A stretch of DNA of 62,827 nucleotides, the filler included, from Kipferlia bialata (taxonomy: Eukaryota): the NCBI GenBank assembly GCA_003568945.1. It is 4 parts of 4 records of this genome, joined end to end, with 100 filler letters (N's around TTAATTAATTAA, not from the genome) between each part and the next. Parts side by side here need not be neighbours in the genome. Positions count along the whole stretch, not along the records: positions 1 to 22,740 come from BDIP01000282.1; 3 more parts are not named here. One strand, written 5' to 3'. This document shows positions 1 to 11,550 of the stretch, one piece after another. Each line of letters opens with the position of its first letter. The first letter of the stretch is position 1. The notes beneath the pieces are model-generated. The model saw nothing but the letters and a program-made list of their open reading frames with translations, was not told the origin of the DNA and made no database searches. The position numbers and the translations under genes are program-made.

Positions 1-50
<50 letters not shown>
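1..50. repeat. (TC)n microsatellite in an intron polypyrimidine tract
   Basis: Perfect TC repeat leading to the acceptor tcacccccag ending at 69. Confidence 0.95.
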
Positions 51-53
<3 letters not shown>

Positions 54-69
54 TCTTTCTCACCCCCAG

Positions 70-422
70 GCCCCCGTGGTCCCAGCTACACCCTGCAGAT
101 GGCATCCACAAAGTGAGTGTGTTAGGCTCCATCTCTCTCCTCATACCACTCTCGTCCATCTCACCCCCAGGTGCTGCCACACCCTCCTCATCACATGGTG
201 CAACACCTGCGATGACCTTGCCCTGTCTGACGGGGAGGGGGAGAACGACTCCCCCTTCATGCCCCACAGGTACATATATACCTACTATACATATAATAAT
301 ATACATGTAATGTACACATACACTCACTCTCTGCCTGGTACTCTATCATTTGACATGTCTCTCTCTATTCTTACTCCAGGGACAAGCCAGCGCACTACAG
401 GGTCTTTGTGCAGGAGATCTGA
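70..422 (+). CDS. 3' end of a spliced hypothetical gene (exons 70-112, 171-270, 380-422)
   Basis: GT-AG splicing gives an open frame PRGPSYTLQMASTKCCHTLLITWCNTCDDLALSDGEGENDSPFMPHRDKPAHYRVFVQEI* with GC3-rich codons; 5' part lies outside the window. Confidence 0.6.
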
Positions 423-614
423 GCGCTCTTAAGTAGGGATGGGGAGAGAGGGAGGGAGTGAGAGCCGTGGCAACCAGAGACCCATGGACATTTATGTCTT
501 CTGCACTTTCGCAGTGGACACGCTTATATTTCGTCTCGGTGCTTCACGTGAGGCATGTGTGTGTTCAATAGAGTGTAAACCGATTGATTTGCATGGTCTT
601 GCGTTGTTGATCTA

Positions 615-1238
615 ATGACGTTTCTATTGCGTGTAGGCACCTTCCATCACACACACATGCTCTCTTCACATTCACTTTGCTGGGGAGACATGATTGGCTG
701 CCAGGAACAGACGTGTACTCAAGCAGTGGGTTCTGAGGGTTCGCATAGCCACTCAGAGTGCACTGTATGTGCCGCTCTCAGAGCCCACCCCAATGCCGAG
801 GAGGTCTCCCCCCTCACTGGGTTTGCTGTGCCCACCCACCTGGGTGTCTCCCTTATCCCAGGGGCAGGGGTGGGGCGGTTCCTGGATGTGGGTGTGAGGA
901 AGGGCCACCCCATCCGGGTGCAGGTAGTCGGGTCCCCGTCGCTCCCGTGCTACAGGGGGGAGGAGGAGCTTGTCCCTGTGGTACAGAGCAAGGGTGTGCA
1001 GTATGTGGAGTACTTCGGTCATGCTGGCCCGCAGGATGCACCTGAGACCAGAGGCCTGCTGCTACTGAATGACCCCCCCAACTACTCCAACCATAAGACT
1101 GGGGAGGAGGCAGCGATGAGGATAGTGTACGAGGGAGGGAGGAAGGTGTACAGGGCAACCCGGGATCTAGTGGCGGGGGAGGAGCTGACCCAGGACTACA
1201 GGTATACCGTATATGTATCAGGTCTCGTCAATATCTAA
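615..1238 (+). CDS. Small SET-domain protein (putative lysine methyltransferase)
   Basis: SET motifs in order: SLIPGAGVGRF (motif I), NYSNH, ATRDLVAGEELTQDY. True start (perhaps ATG 690) and a possible donor at 1202 are uncertain. Confidence 0.8.
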   Translation: MTFLLRVGTFHHTHMLSSHSLCWGDMIGCQEQTCTQAVGSEGSHSHSECTVCAALRAHPNAEEVSPLTGFAVPTHLGVSLIPGAGVGRFLDVGVRKGHPIRVQVVGSPSLPCYRGEEELVPVVQSKGVQYVEYFGHAGPQDAPETRGLLLLNDPPNYSNHKTGEEAAMRIVYEGGRKVYRATRDLVAGEELTQDYRYTVYVSGLVNI

Positions 1239-1527
1239 TAATAGTCGACTTGTTATATTCATAGATACATCACAGAAGACAGGAGAATTACTAATTTAGT
1301 TATCACTAACTAAATGACAATAGGGAGTATGGGCTTGTCCAGTGGTACGAGGAGTGGTTGGACTCCCACGGCAGACAGTCATCCAGAGCACTCGGACATG
1401 CACTGTCTGAGGGAGAAGGGTCGTAAATAGAGTAGATCTAAGCTTTGCAAGAGGAGAAAAACTGGAAAGGGTGCACTGATAAGCATCCCGTTCATCACCT
1501 GTTATACTAGGACACACAACAACAGCT

Positions 1528-2244
1528 ATGTCATCTAATCTCCAACACCTGGGGTTTATGAAAACCAAGAAGAAGGAGGAAGTGAAGCAGACCAGTACCG
1601 TTACCCAGGGGGCCAATTCCAGTACGTCTGATGTGTACGAATGTGTTACTCTACCCAGTCATTAGTAAGTGTCTCGCTCACCCCCATTCACTCACCCAAG
1701 TGCTGATTATTGAGGAGGACTTCAACGATGAGCCACAGGAGCGGGACTTCAACGCTCTCTCCTTTGGGGGAGCCTCTGAGGAGTTAGAGGTACCCTCTCT
1801 CTCTCTAGATACTGATGTCTCCTTACGCTATGCCCTCACACACACCTCTGACACTCAGAATGCCACCCGGGCTCTCTTGATTCCCACTCTCTCTTGATAC
1901 TTATGTCACACGGTGTCTCCCTCTTCCCATACCCTTGACACTCAGAATGCCACCCGTGCCCGTACCAATCCTGAGGAGGAGAAGGCAAGGCGACAGGAGG
2001 CAGCTGAGCAGGCAAAGGTAGTGATCACATAACATTCACAACCCATAGATACCTATCATGATAGGCTATCACTCTATGGATTCAGTCCAGTCTCACCCAG
2101 ACCATATCGGACGAGGACCTTGCCGAGGTGTTCAAGGCTAGGAGTGGGCGCAGTGGGCGTAGCAAGAAGGGAGGGGACAAGCCTACCTCAAAGGGTACCA
2201 GTGGGTCCAGCAAGAAGGGGTATGGGAAGGGCAGGAGACAGTGA
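1528..2244 (+). CDS. MPHOSPH6: M-phase phosphoprotein 6 (MPP6, nuclear exosome cofactor)-like; exons about 1528-1621, 1701-1789, 1946-2017, 2101-2244
   Basis: Spliced product MSSNLQHLGFMK...LIIEEDF...ALSFGGASEELE...TISDEDLAEVFK plus a basic tail follows the order of MPP6 motifs (LSxNLLxMKFM, IIEE, MSFxGFNPEVE, VSDEEMA). Confidence 0.65.
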
Positions 2245-2439
2245 GGATAGGATAGGATAGGTCACTCTCTTCTTTGGATATGCTGAGAGACTGTTATCAT
2301 TTCTAGCACATTATCTTCTTTACCATGGGTGTTATCACACCACACACACAGTATGTCTCGCCATGTCCAGGGAATAGATACCCCAACCACCAACAATGCA
2401 GTAGAAAATCTATGTGCAAACGATAAATAGTAACATACT

Positions 2440-3504
2440 CTATCCTACAACGGAGAGTGCGACTCCCACGCATATCCCGACCAGCAGCACAGCCAGCCTT
2501 GTCTTGTATGAGTTGAGCTGGGAACGGAGGGCACCCATACCCCCTGGGGCTACAAACTGACCCACCACTGCCCTCAGGACCTCCAGGTCAAGGAGGATCT
2601 CAGACAGAGAGCCCCTGGGGGTGGGGGAGGGGGGGGGGGGCGTACGTTGGAGACTGGAAGAGTGTTTCAGGAAGAGCACAGAACACAGAAGTACAATAAT
2701 AGTATTATCAGAGACAGCGTATATAGCACAAGTATAATAGAAGCCACAGGCGACTGGTGTAGAATGTTCCCTACCTGTGCATAAGTGGCAGCTTCTCGAC
2801 CACGTTCAATATCCATAGCACCACGGTGTCAACTCCACTGGGCAGAGGGAGCATCTCGAGCAGACTGGTAGGCCTGTCCCTCACCCATAGAGAGGATATA
2901 ACCAGTATCAACAGGGCCACACTGTGCATCACAGTCAGCAGCAGGGGCTGGGGCACGGCAGGGGCAGACTCGCCCTTACCCTTGAGCAGAGATGACATGA
3001 TGCCACCCAAGCCACCAAGGCCACCCAGGTTGGGGACTGCGCCTGTCTCTCCACCCATGGTACCCATGCCAGGGGCAGACACGCCCTGCCCCTGCTCCTG
3101 CTTCTGCTGCCTCTCGTAGTACTCATGGGGCATGGAAACACTCTCTACGGGTACTCTGCGGTCAGTGGGGAGGACAGTGACACATACAATATATATACGA
3201 AACACAGCCAACGAATGAAGAGAGATGACACACTCTTGTATCGTCTGTGTACGTACCTCTGAAGGGTTGCCATCCGCTCAAGTGCGCTACCTTGAAGGCG
3301 CCTGGTTTTAGAGAATTTTGTAGATGACAACGATAGGCCAGTATACTCTGAACTTGTGTAAGTGAGGGCAAGCGTCGCTTGCCAAGCGACATACCTGTTC
3401 CGTCTCTCCATACGAGCCTTAGCCTGCTTCTTCATCATCTCACTATTGTTAGTAGCTGCAGGCGCAACTACTGTATCAGCTACATTGTGGGATTCTGTAC
3501 TCAT
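2440..3504 (-). CDS. Get2/CAML-like tail-anchored-protein insertase subunit (4 exons)
   Basis: Exons 1+2 join to give KKQAKARMERRNRRLQGSALERMATL, similar to the Get2/CAML N-terminal basic Get3-binding helices. A Gly/Met/Pro-rich linker and C-terminal hydrophobic segments follow (LLLTVMHSVALLILVISSLW; LAVLLVGICVGVALSVVG*). Confidence 0.55.
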
Positions 3505-3676
3505 CTCACTGAGGTCGTGGGAAGGCGTGCATCAAGGGCTACACTTTGAATGACGTTCTGCACCCTCTCTGTTGTTTTTGTGGGTAACACAAAAATCTCG
3601 AGTCTAGGAGATAAGGGTTCAGACTGAAGTTGCTTTTACACATAGGCCAGAACGGAGTGCCTATAAGTGGAGAATA

Positions 3677-6600
3677 ATGGAGGCAGACGACTCCTCCGTA
3701 CCACAGGATTGGGCTGAGACCAGCTCCGTCCTGGTTTCCCTTGTGGAGACCATATGGGCTACTCTGGACCCCTCTAACATTGAGGAGGCTCAGTTAGATG
3801 ATGTTCCAGAGCTCTCTGCCATCCCAGAGCTGCTGGCAATGGTGGATGAGACCATTCAGAGCGATCCTACCCCTCAGAGGCTGAGGTTCCTGCTATTTGA
3901 GCTCCCCCACAACCTGGTGAGTGTTTCCGACTGTGACTACTATCCGCTTTGCACTCATACAGCTATACATCTGTACTAAGGTGACCTCTATGCATATATA
4001 TTATTGTCTGGTGAACAGGTGGGGTGATGTGTAAGCGTTGTGATAGTATACTGGACACATTTCAGTCATACTGAATGCCTGTCTCAATATATCACTGATG
4101 TGGTTCCTCTGCCATTCACACGATGTCGCATTCTGCTGCACTATTTCCAATGTCATTTGAGTATAGCTGTGTCTATGGACCGGAGTTGTGCATTGTGTGT
4201 CTTTGTTCTGCTTGACATATGATCTGACCTAACTTCCAGATCCGTCTTCTGTGCACTCTGATGAGTGACGACATGTACAACCACATTGACTCCCACACAT
4301 CCATGCAGGATGTGAACCAGACCCGCACAGTCTCCATGAGCGTCCTCTCCAGGTATAGCTTCGTCACTCTCTCTACCCATAGTACTTTGTGAGTGTATAT
4401 ATATGAGTCCACTCATCTACAGGACCTTTTCTGTGTGTTCCAGCCACACTGCCGAGACCCTCGCCTCAGAGATGTTCCCCCAACTCTATGCCTCCCTCAG
4501 CACTGATCTCATGAGGGAGTTCCTGAAGGCCGGTGAGTCATGTGTTCTCGAGAGAACAGCATATATCGTAGTGTATATATACCACTGCCATTCACCCCAG
4601 GTGGACTGAACAGTGTCATCTCTGTCCTCAGTGGAGAGGTGTCCATCGATGTCGACGAGGCACCCCTCAAGTGAGTATCGTCTCTCTCTCTCTCTGTCTT
4701 GTTACTCCTTGTAGCACCCTCTCATTCACACTCATGTGTGTATTCATTGTCCTATTCATTTTGTATGTATATCGAGAGTCCCAACACTCACCTCTTGGCG
4801 CATCCGCCTCATGTCCAGTATATGTATATCTATATCAATGTGTATATCATAGTATGTACATGCTAACATGCAGGCGCATCCGGCTCATGGCCGCTGGGTG
4901 CATCAGGGCTGTGCTCAAGAGCGATGCCGGCCTGACCGCTCTGTCCGTGCCCCCTGTCATGCAGGCCCTGGTGGCAGTGGCATCGGAGGAGGCAGACGCA
5001 GAGCTCAGGTAGGGATGGATATATAGAGCTATTGTAATATTTATATATATAGGGCTATTGGCATGCAGGCCCTGGTGGCAGTGGCATCGGAGGAGGCAGA
5101 CGCAGAGCTCAGGTGTGTACATAGAGTATGTACCCACATGGAGATACCTTTGCGTCCTATCAGTCCACCTGATACTCACCCCTAGGCAGTGGGCCCTTGT
5201 CCTCCTCCGTGACCTCACTGGTCACCTGCACTCCTCCAAGGTGTTCCAGAGCCCCCCTCTCCTCCTGAGGTGTGTAGTGCCATATGGATATATATATATG
5301 TATATACTCATTCACATACATGAGTATGGGGAGTAGTCTCTCTCTCTCTCTCTCGATCTATATATATATATGTGTCTCCCCTTGACCCCAGGGCTGTACG
5401 CACCCTTGTGGAGAGTGGCACAGCTGAGTGTGCCATCATGTCTCTGTGCCTAGACACATCGGAGGCAGTCAGGGCAGAGGGTGAGTGTGTTCACTATATA
5501 TCTCTACTATATGGATATATATATATATACACACATACATGTATATATATGTGTGAGCGCCATTATGTCTCTGTGATCGACGGCAGTCAGGGCGGAGGGT
5601 GCGTGTGTTTAGTATGTACACAAGTATTCATGTTCTCTTTCTCTATCTAGCTAAGGTGTCACTCTCACCCCCAGGCTGCGGTCTTCTGTCCGAGCTTCTC
5701 CTGGCTGCTGAGGACTGTGTCGTCTCTGCCCAGGAGAGATACGCACAGGGTGGGTGTATTTGGCGTGTTCAATGATATCTATACTGTTACTTATATGCAT
5801 GGGGTGGGTGTATTCGGCATGTTCAGTACTCAGCAGTGGTGTTTCTGTGTAGACTATGTACCTCTACTGTGTCCGTCTGACCCCCAGATGTGATGCAGGC
5901 ACAGAAGGACACCGAGAGGCTGCTGGCAGAGAGGGAGAGAGAGGTACGAAAGCAATGTCTCTCCCCCTTTCTCTATATATATAGTATACATACATACCCT
6001 CTCACCCCAGGGTGCCGACCCCGACTCCCCTGCCCCTGTGGTCTCTGGACCCAGTGACGCCACAGCTGTCGGGGCCAGGGAGCTTCTGGATAGGTATATA
6101 TATATTTCTTGACAGTGTATGCCAAGAGTAAGCATCCTCCCTTACCCCCCAGGCTCCTGCTGTCTGTGATCAGTGACCGCACCAGACCCACCCTGGACGA
6201 GGGAGAGGGAGAGGGAGAGGAGGCCCAGAGGCAGTTCAGCACGGCCCTGGTGGAGAGGATGGGTCTGGAGAAGTCCAGGATAGGCCTCGAGGCCCTGCTC
6301 TACCTGCTGTGCACCCTGCTCAGGGTGTCTGCCAGGTACAGTGTATATTTATATATATATATGTATATATTAGTAGAAGTAGATATACAGTAGTACATGG
6401 TGTACAGTGTTACCTGATTAGATTGTATATACTGACCCCCAGGCGTGCCCAGTCCAGCCCCCTCACCCTGTCCCTGCCCCCTACATACGAGGCATTCTGC
6501 GGGGAGGCACCTTCCATGGACGAGGGTGCGTATACAGCGACTCTCTCCCTTATGTATTAGCCTCTTCCTCACCCGTGGGTGCCTCTATGCCTTATGTATT

Positions 6601-6951
6601 AGTGTGTCTCTCACCCTTAGATGCTGAGACCCGTATCACTGAGGCCTTTGAGGCATTCATCGGAGTGCTCCTCGACCAGGTATTCACACACATATTTAGA
6701 TATGATATTACTCTCTCATAGATACATTCCACACTGACAGAGTACCCCTCTTCCCACCCCCTTCTCACCCTGTGCTCCCATTCTCATATCCATTATAGAT
6801 GTACTCACTCATATATGCTAACTCCAGGCCCCCATCCTCAAGATGCTCAAGCTGGTGTCCTCTCCCTATGTGGTCATCGGTGCACATGCTGCCAGGTATA
6901 TATATATATATACATATATATATACCTACAACACCTGTGTTCTCAGTGATT

Positions 6952-6997
<46 letters not shown>

Positions 6998-8017
6998 CGC
7001 GCGCTGCTGNNNNNNNNNNNNNNNNNNNNNNNNNNNNNNNNNNNNNNNNNNNNNNNNNNNNNNNNNNNNNNNNNNNNNNNNNNNNNNNNNNNNNNNNNNN
7101 NNNNNNNNNNNNNNNNNNNNNNNNNNNNNNNNNNNNNNNNNNNNNNNNNNNNNNNNNNNNNNNNNNNNNNNNNNNNNNNNNNNNNNNNNNNNNNNNNNNN
7201 NNNNNNNNNNNNNNNNNNNNNNNNNNNNNNNNNNNNNNNNNNNNNNNNNNNNNNNNNNNNNNNNNNNNNNNNNNNNNNNNNNNNNNNNNNNNNNNNNNNN
7301 NNNNNNNNNNNNNNNNNNNNNNNNNNNNNNNNNNNNNNNNNNNNNNNNNNNNNNNNNNNNNNNNNNNNNNNNNNNNNNNNNNNNNNNNNNNNNNNNNNNN
7401 NNNNNNNNNNNNNNNNNNNNNNNNNNNNNNNNNNNNNNNNNNNNNNNNNNNNNNNNNNNNNNNNNNNNNNNNNNNNNNNNNNNNNNNNNNNNNNNNNNNN
7501 NNNNNNNNNNNNNNNNNNNNNNNNNNNNNNNNNNNNNNNNNNNNNNNNNNNNNNNNNNNNNNNNNNNNNNNNNNNNNNNNNNNNNNNNNNNNNNNNNNNN
7601 NNNNNNNNNNNNNNNNNNNNNNNNNNNNNNNNNNNNNNNNNNNNNNNNNNNNNNNNNNNNNNNNNNNNNNNNNNNNNNNNNNNNNNNNNNNNNNNNNNNN
7701 NNNNNNNNNNNNNNNNNNNNNNNNNNNNNNNNNNNNNNNNNNNNNNNNNNNNNNNNNNNNNNNNNNNNNNNNNNNNNNNNNNNNNNNNNNNNNNNNNNNN
7801 NNNNNNNNNNNNNNNNNNNNNNNNNNNNNNNNNNNNNNNNNNNNNNNNNNNNNNNNNNNNNNNNNNNNNNNNNNNNNNNNNNNNNNCTTTGGGATTTGTA
7901 TATGTTTTCCCCCCCCCCCCCCCCCCACTTTTACCCCTGATCCCAGGTGCTGTGGCCCTTGATACATGGCGCACAATCAGACAGTGTCTTTCAGTCACAC
8001 TCGCAACGGCCCAGTGA
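3677..8017 (+). CDS. Multi-exon armadillo/HEAT-like helical protein (possibly ARMH1-like); interrupted by gap 7010-7886
   Basis: At least 14 in-frame exons with helical ARM-like segments (LMREFLKAGGLNSVISVL, VMQALVAVASEEADAELRQWALVLLRDL, AVRTLVESGTAECAIMSL). The frame of the terminal exon after the gap is uncertain. Confidence 0.6.
7010..7886. other. Assembly gap flanked by poly-C
   Basis: N run; further gaps at 11132-11382, 17563-18247, 39437-39438 and 41596-42495. Confidence 0.99.
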
Positions 8018-8253
8018 GAGGTTACCATTGGCTGGAGTGTGTTAGTGTTTGTGTTTGGTGTTCTTAGTGTTAGTGTCTGTCATATGTTGAATAGAGCTTC
8101 GTTATGCATACCCTACTCACACAACTGGTTCTATTATTCTACAATCCTATTCACATACTTAAAGGGGTACTCTCTGCAATAGTTTGTAGGAGAGGTACAA
8201 CTTGATTGGGACACACACGTATATGGGTGAGGAACACTGGGTATTCTACTATT

Positions 8254-10169
8254 CTACACCGAGAGTCTGGGCGTGGGTGCAGCCTTGACCTTCCTCCTGG
8301 TCATTGTCTCCCTGGTCTTGCCTATAATCACAATGGCCAGCCACGACAGGACGCACACCAGGGCCACGGATGCCCATATGGCAACCTCGACATCGAGGGT
8401 GCCCCAGCCTACGGCCTCGATGGGGGTCAGCCACTTGGCGGTCAGGGAGTCGATGACGCCATCCTCCCTCAGGACCTGGGGTGAGGCGTCATAGTACTGA
8501 GGGTTGTCGGTTGTGTATAGCAGTACCTGTATGGCGTAGTTGATGGATGCCAGCAGCTCATCGTCATAGTCTGCACACATGTACATGACAACGGGGCCCT
8601 CGCTGTAGATGCCTAGGGTGAGAGAGACACAGGGTCAAGACGTACCTCCATTACAGCAGTCACATATATATAGGACATACCTGGGAGTGCTGCGATCCCT
8701 GCGTCCTCATTCTCCTTCAGGTACTGGGTGAGGGGACCCACCCCTAGGCAGCATGCGTCTGCATAGTCGTTGAGCAGCATATCGTGGCAGGCTGCGGCAC
8801 CGCCTGGCATCTCAACTGCAGAGGCACCCTGATCAATGACCCAGTCCCAGGACCTATGGGTCAGTATATACATACATACACACTAGGCCTAGTTGATATG
8901 TTGAAGTGGGCATGTCACAGACAGATTATAGTGAGAATTGGAAGGGTACCTCCCCCCTGGCACAGCTGCTATGCGGTACTCGGTCAGGGCAGCGGGGTCG
9001 AAGTCCTTTGCAGAGCCCGAGATGGACTGCACAGTGACCACACCTGGGTGTCAAGCAGTGGAAGGCATAGAGATGGTGGGGATGTCGGAGGAGGAGTCTA
9101 CCTACGTATAGGGCCATCAATATGGACTGGACCAGAGTGTCTACACCAGCCAGCAGCCTACCCAGGGAGGTGTTGATGGTGGAGAGATCATACCTGGAGG
9201 GTGAGCAGAGGCATGACAAGTACAACACCATATATATATGTAAGAGAATAGGGGACAGAGACGTAGTCAGTCACATACCCCATCACACTAAAGTAGAATG
9301 CAAGAAGTGCACCCTTGCTATAGGACTCATCCCTGGAAGCAGAGTTGCCAAAGTGCTATTGTAAGACAGAATCTGAACGATAGGAGGATGCAATAGAAGT
9401 CATCAGAGACTGGTGCTACTGAATGCAAGACGAGAGAGAATGAGGACACCAACCTGGGTGATGAAGATGAGGTTTGCAAAGAGCACGTGAGAGAGCAAGA
9501 GGACAGCGAGTAGATTGACTGCAATGGGGGTGAAGAGGGGGCTGAAGAGGGCCATGAACACGCTCTCTGTGTTCTCAGTCAGCACGGCAAAGGCATAGCC
9601 AGAGGTGTCAACCTGGGTGAGGGGGGTGACAAGGGGGGGGGGGGGGTAAGGCATAGACACACCTGGATGGTTGGCTTCAGGTTCATCTCCATCCTGGCAG
9701 AGGAGAGTCCACAGGTGGTGATGATTGGGTATGTGTTAGCAGTGACCATGTCAATCCCTGCCTCAAATGTGGTCCCGGGTGGGGCACACACCACATCCAC
9801 ATCGGTGTCCATCAGGATATTCAGTTGCTCCCATAACTCAGTGATAAAGCCGGGTGGGTTTACCTTAGCAGTCAGTTATATCATTTCCGTTGGCAGTGAA
9901 GTCCAACGGCGGATCTTCAAAGATACATTCCGTAAACGCACTGTGCGCTCCCATTGTAAACTCAATTTACGCACCTGGTTGTCACTCTCACATATTGTGT
10001 ATGGCGGGTATGGGATCGACAGCACCGTGTCATGTGTGCTGGTTTCAAAAGGGTTCTCCTCAACATTCAGATTCTTGGCTGCGTGGAGGGTCTTGGCGGA
10101 AGAAGATCCCACCATCATTAGCAAAACCACCACAAGACTACATAACTGACCACGTGACGACGTTAACAT
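8254..10169 (-). CDS. Ionotropic glutamate receptor-like ligand-gated channel (signal peptide-S1-M1-P-M3-S2-M4, no ATD), about 9 exons
   Basis: Signal peptide; S1 (YPPYTI...GFITELWEQL); M1 (IAVNLLAVLLLSHVLFANLIFITQ); pore (HFGNSASRDESYSKGALLAFYFSVMGYDLSTINTSLGRLLAGV); S2 (RIAAVPGGRSWDWV...INYAIQVLREDGVIDSLTAKWL); M4 (VAIWASVALVCVLSWLAIVIIG). Confidence 0.85.
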
Positions 10170-10779
10170 GGGTTGCTAGAAGAGCCTAAATGCATCTGCT
10201 GCTACACCCTTGTGTATATTGCTTGACGATCATGTTTTTGTTTGTTCTATTCTGTTTTTGTGCTACACCCTTCCTAAGGCTCACCCCTCATATACCAAAG
10301 CACTTCATTCAAACAACCTCGCCCCATCTACTCTGATTGTACACCGAGCCTTCCCCTGTGGGTGAGGGTGCGGAACGTGCTCTAGTTTAGTATGGGGTCG
10401 GTGAGCGATGTCCTCAGGGCTATTAAGAGGTGAGTAAATATGTATACTATTGCATGGTGTAGTTTTCTCTTTGGCCTCTATTGGGTAATCCAGCGTCTCT
10501 GCGACGAGATAGTGTATATGGGACATGTTTGTGGTGGATGGAGGTATGTACATTGGATGGGTGTCTGGTTACGTTATTGGGAGGGGAATTCTCCCGTTCA
10601 GTGTCGTTGCTCAATATGGCATAACCACCTACTAAACCGTATTAGTGATTGATAATCCCCATAAAGTAGTTGGTGCCCTATTCTCATGTTCAGATCCCCC
10701 TCCCCCTGCCTTCGTTTGTCTTCTGTCGTATTCTCCCTTCTTCCCCTTATCCTCCTATCCTCTTATCCTCTTATCCTAG

Positions 10780-10893
10780 GGATGGCCATCACAGGGGCCA
10801 ACACCACCTGACCCTCTGTCCCCGGAGCGTGGACCCCACCTCTCACACCCACCAGATACTGGACGATGCCGTTGAGGCATGCAAGAAGTTCAG
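10780..10893 (+). CDS. Isolated exon, possibly a 5' part of the downstream zinc-finger gene
   Basis: Acceptor ttatcctag, open frame DGHHRGQHHLTLCPRSVDPTSHTHQILDDAVEACKKF, donor gtgagg. Confidence 0.4.
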
Positions 10894-11550
10894 GTGAGGT
10901 GTTTGAATACCTTATCCGGTGGTTTCACTCATTGGTTCCTACTCTGCCCCTGGGTGTGGCAGGGAGAGGGCCAGGCAATGTGGTATACACTAATGGCATG
11001 TAGTGGTTTTGGTATCATACATTTATGCCTGTCTCTCCATATTATATTGTCTTATGCCCATTTCTGACCCCCATGTGATATCATACTCCTACCCCCCCCC
11101 CCCCCCCCCCCCCCCCCCCAAACCCCCACCGNNNNNNNNNNNNNNNNNNNNNNNNNNNNNNNNNNNNNNNNNNNNNNNNNNNNNNNNNNNNNNNNNNNNN
11201 NNNNNNNNNNNNNNNNNNNNNNNNNNNNNNNNNNNNNNNNNNNNNNNNNNNNNNNNNNNNNNNNNNNNNNNNNNNNNNNNNNNNNNNNNNNNNNNNNNNN
11301 NNNNNNNNNNNNNNNNNNNNNNNNNNNNNNNNNNNNNNNNNNNNNNNNNNNNNNNNNNNNNNNNNNNNNNNNNNNNNNNNNNCCACCCATTTTCCCCCTC
11401 CCCCCCCCCCCCCCCCCCCCCCCACACACACACACTATCTCTCCCCCCCATATTTCCCTCGTAACCGTGGTGTGGTTACCCAAGTGAGAGTCCGGAATTT
11501 ATCTTGTCTCTCACTCTCTCGCCCTCTCTCCCTCGCTCTACTGACCTTAG

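Noticed and set aside
6765..8028. Long ORFs spanning N runs (also near 11003-11483, 17303-18615 and 41493-42634)
   Set aside because: They are open only because Ns translate as X
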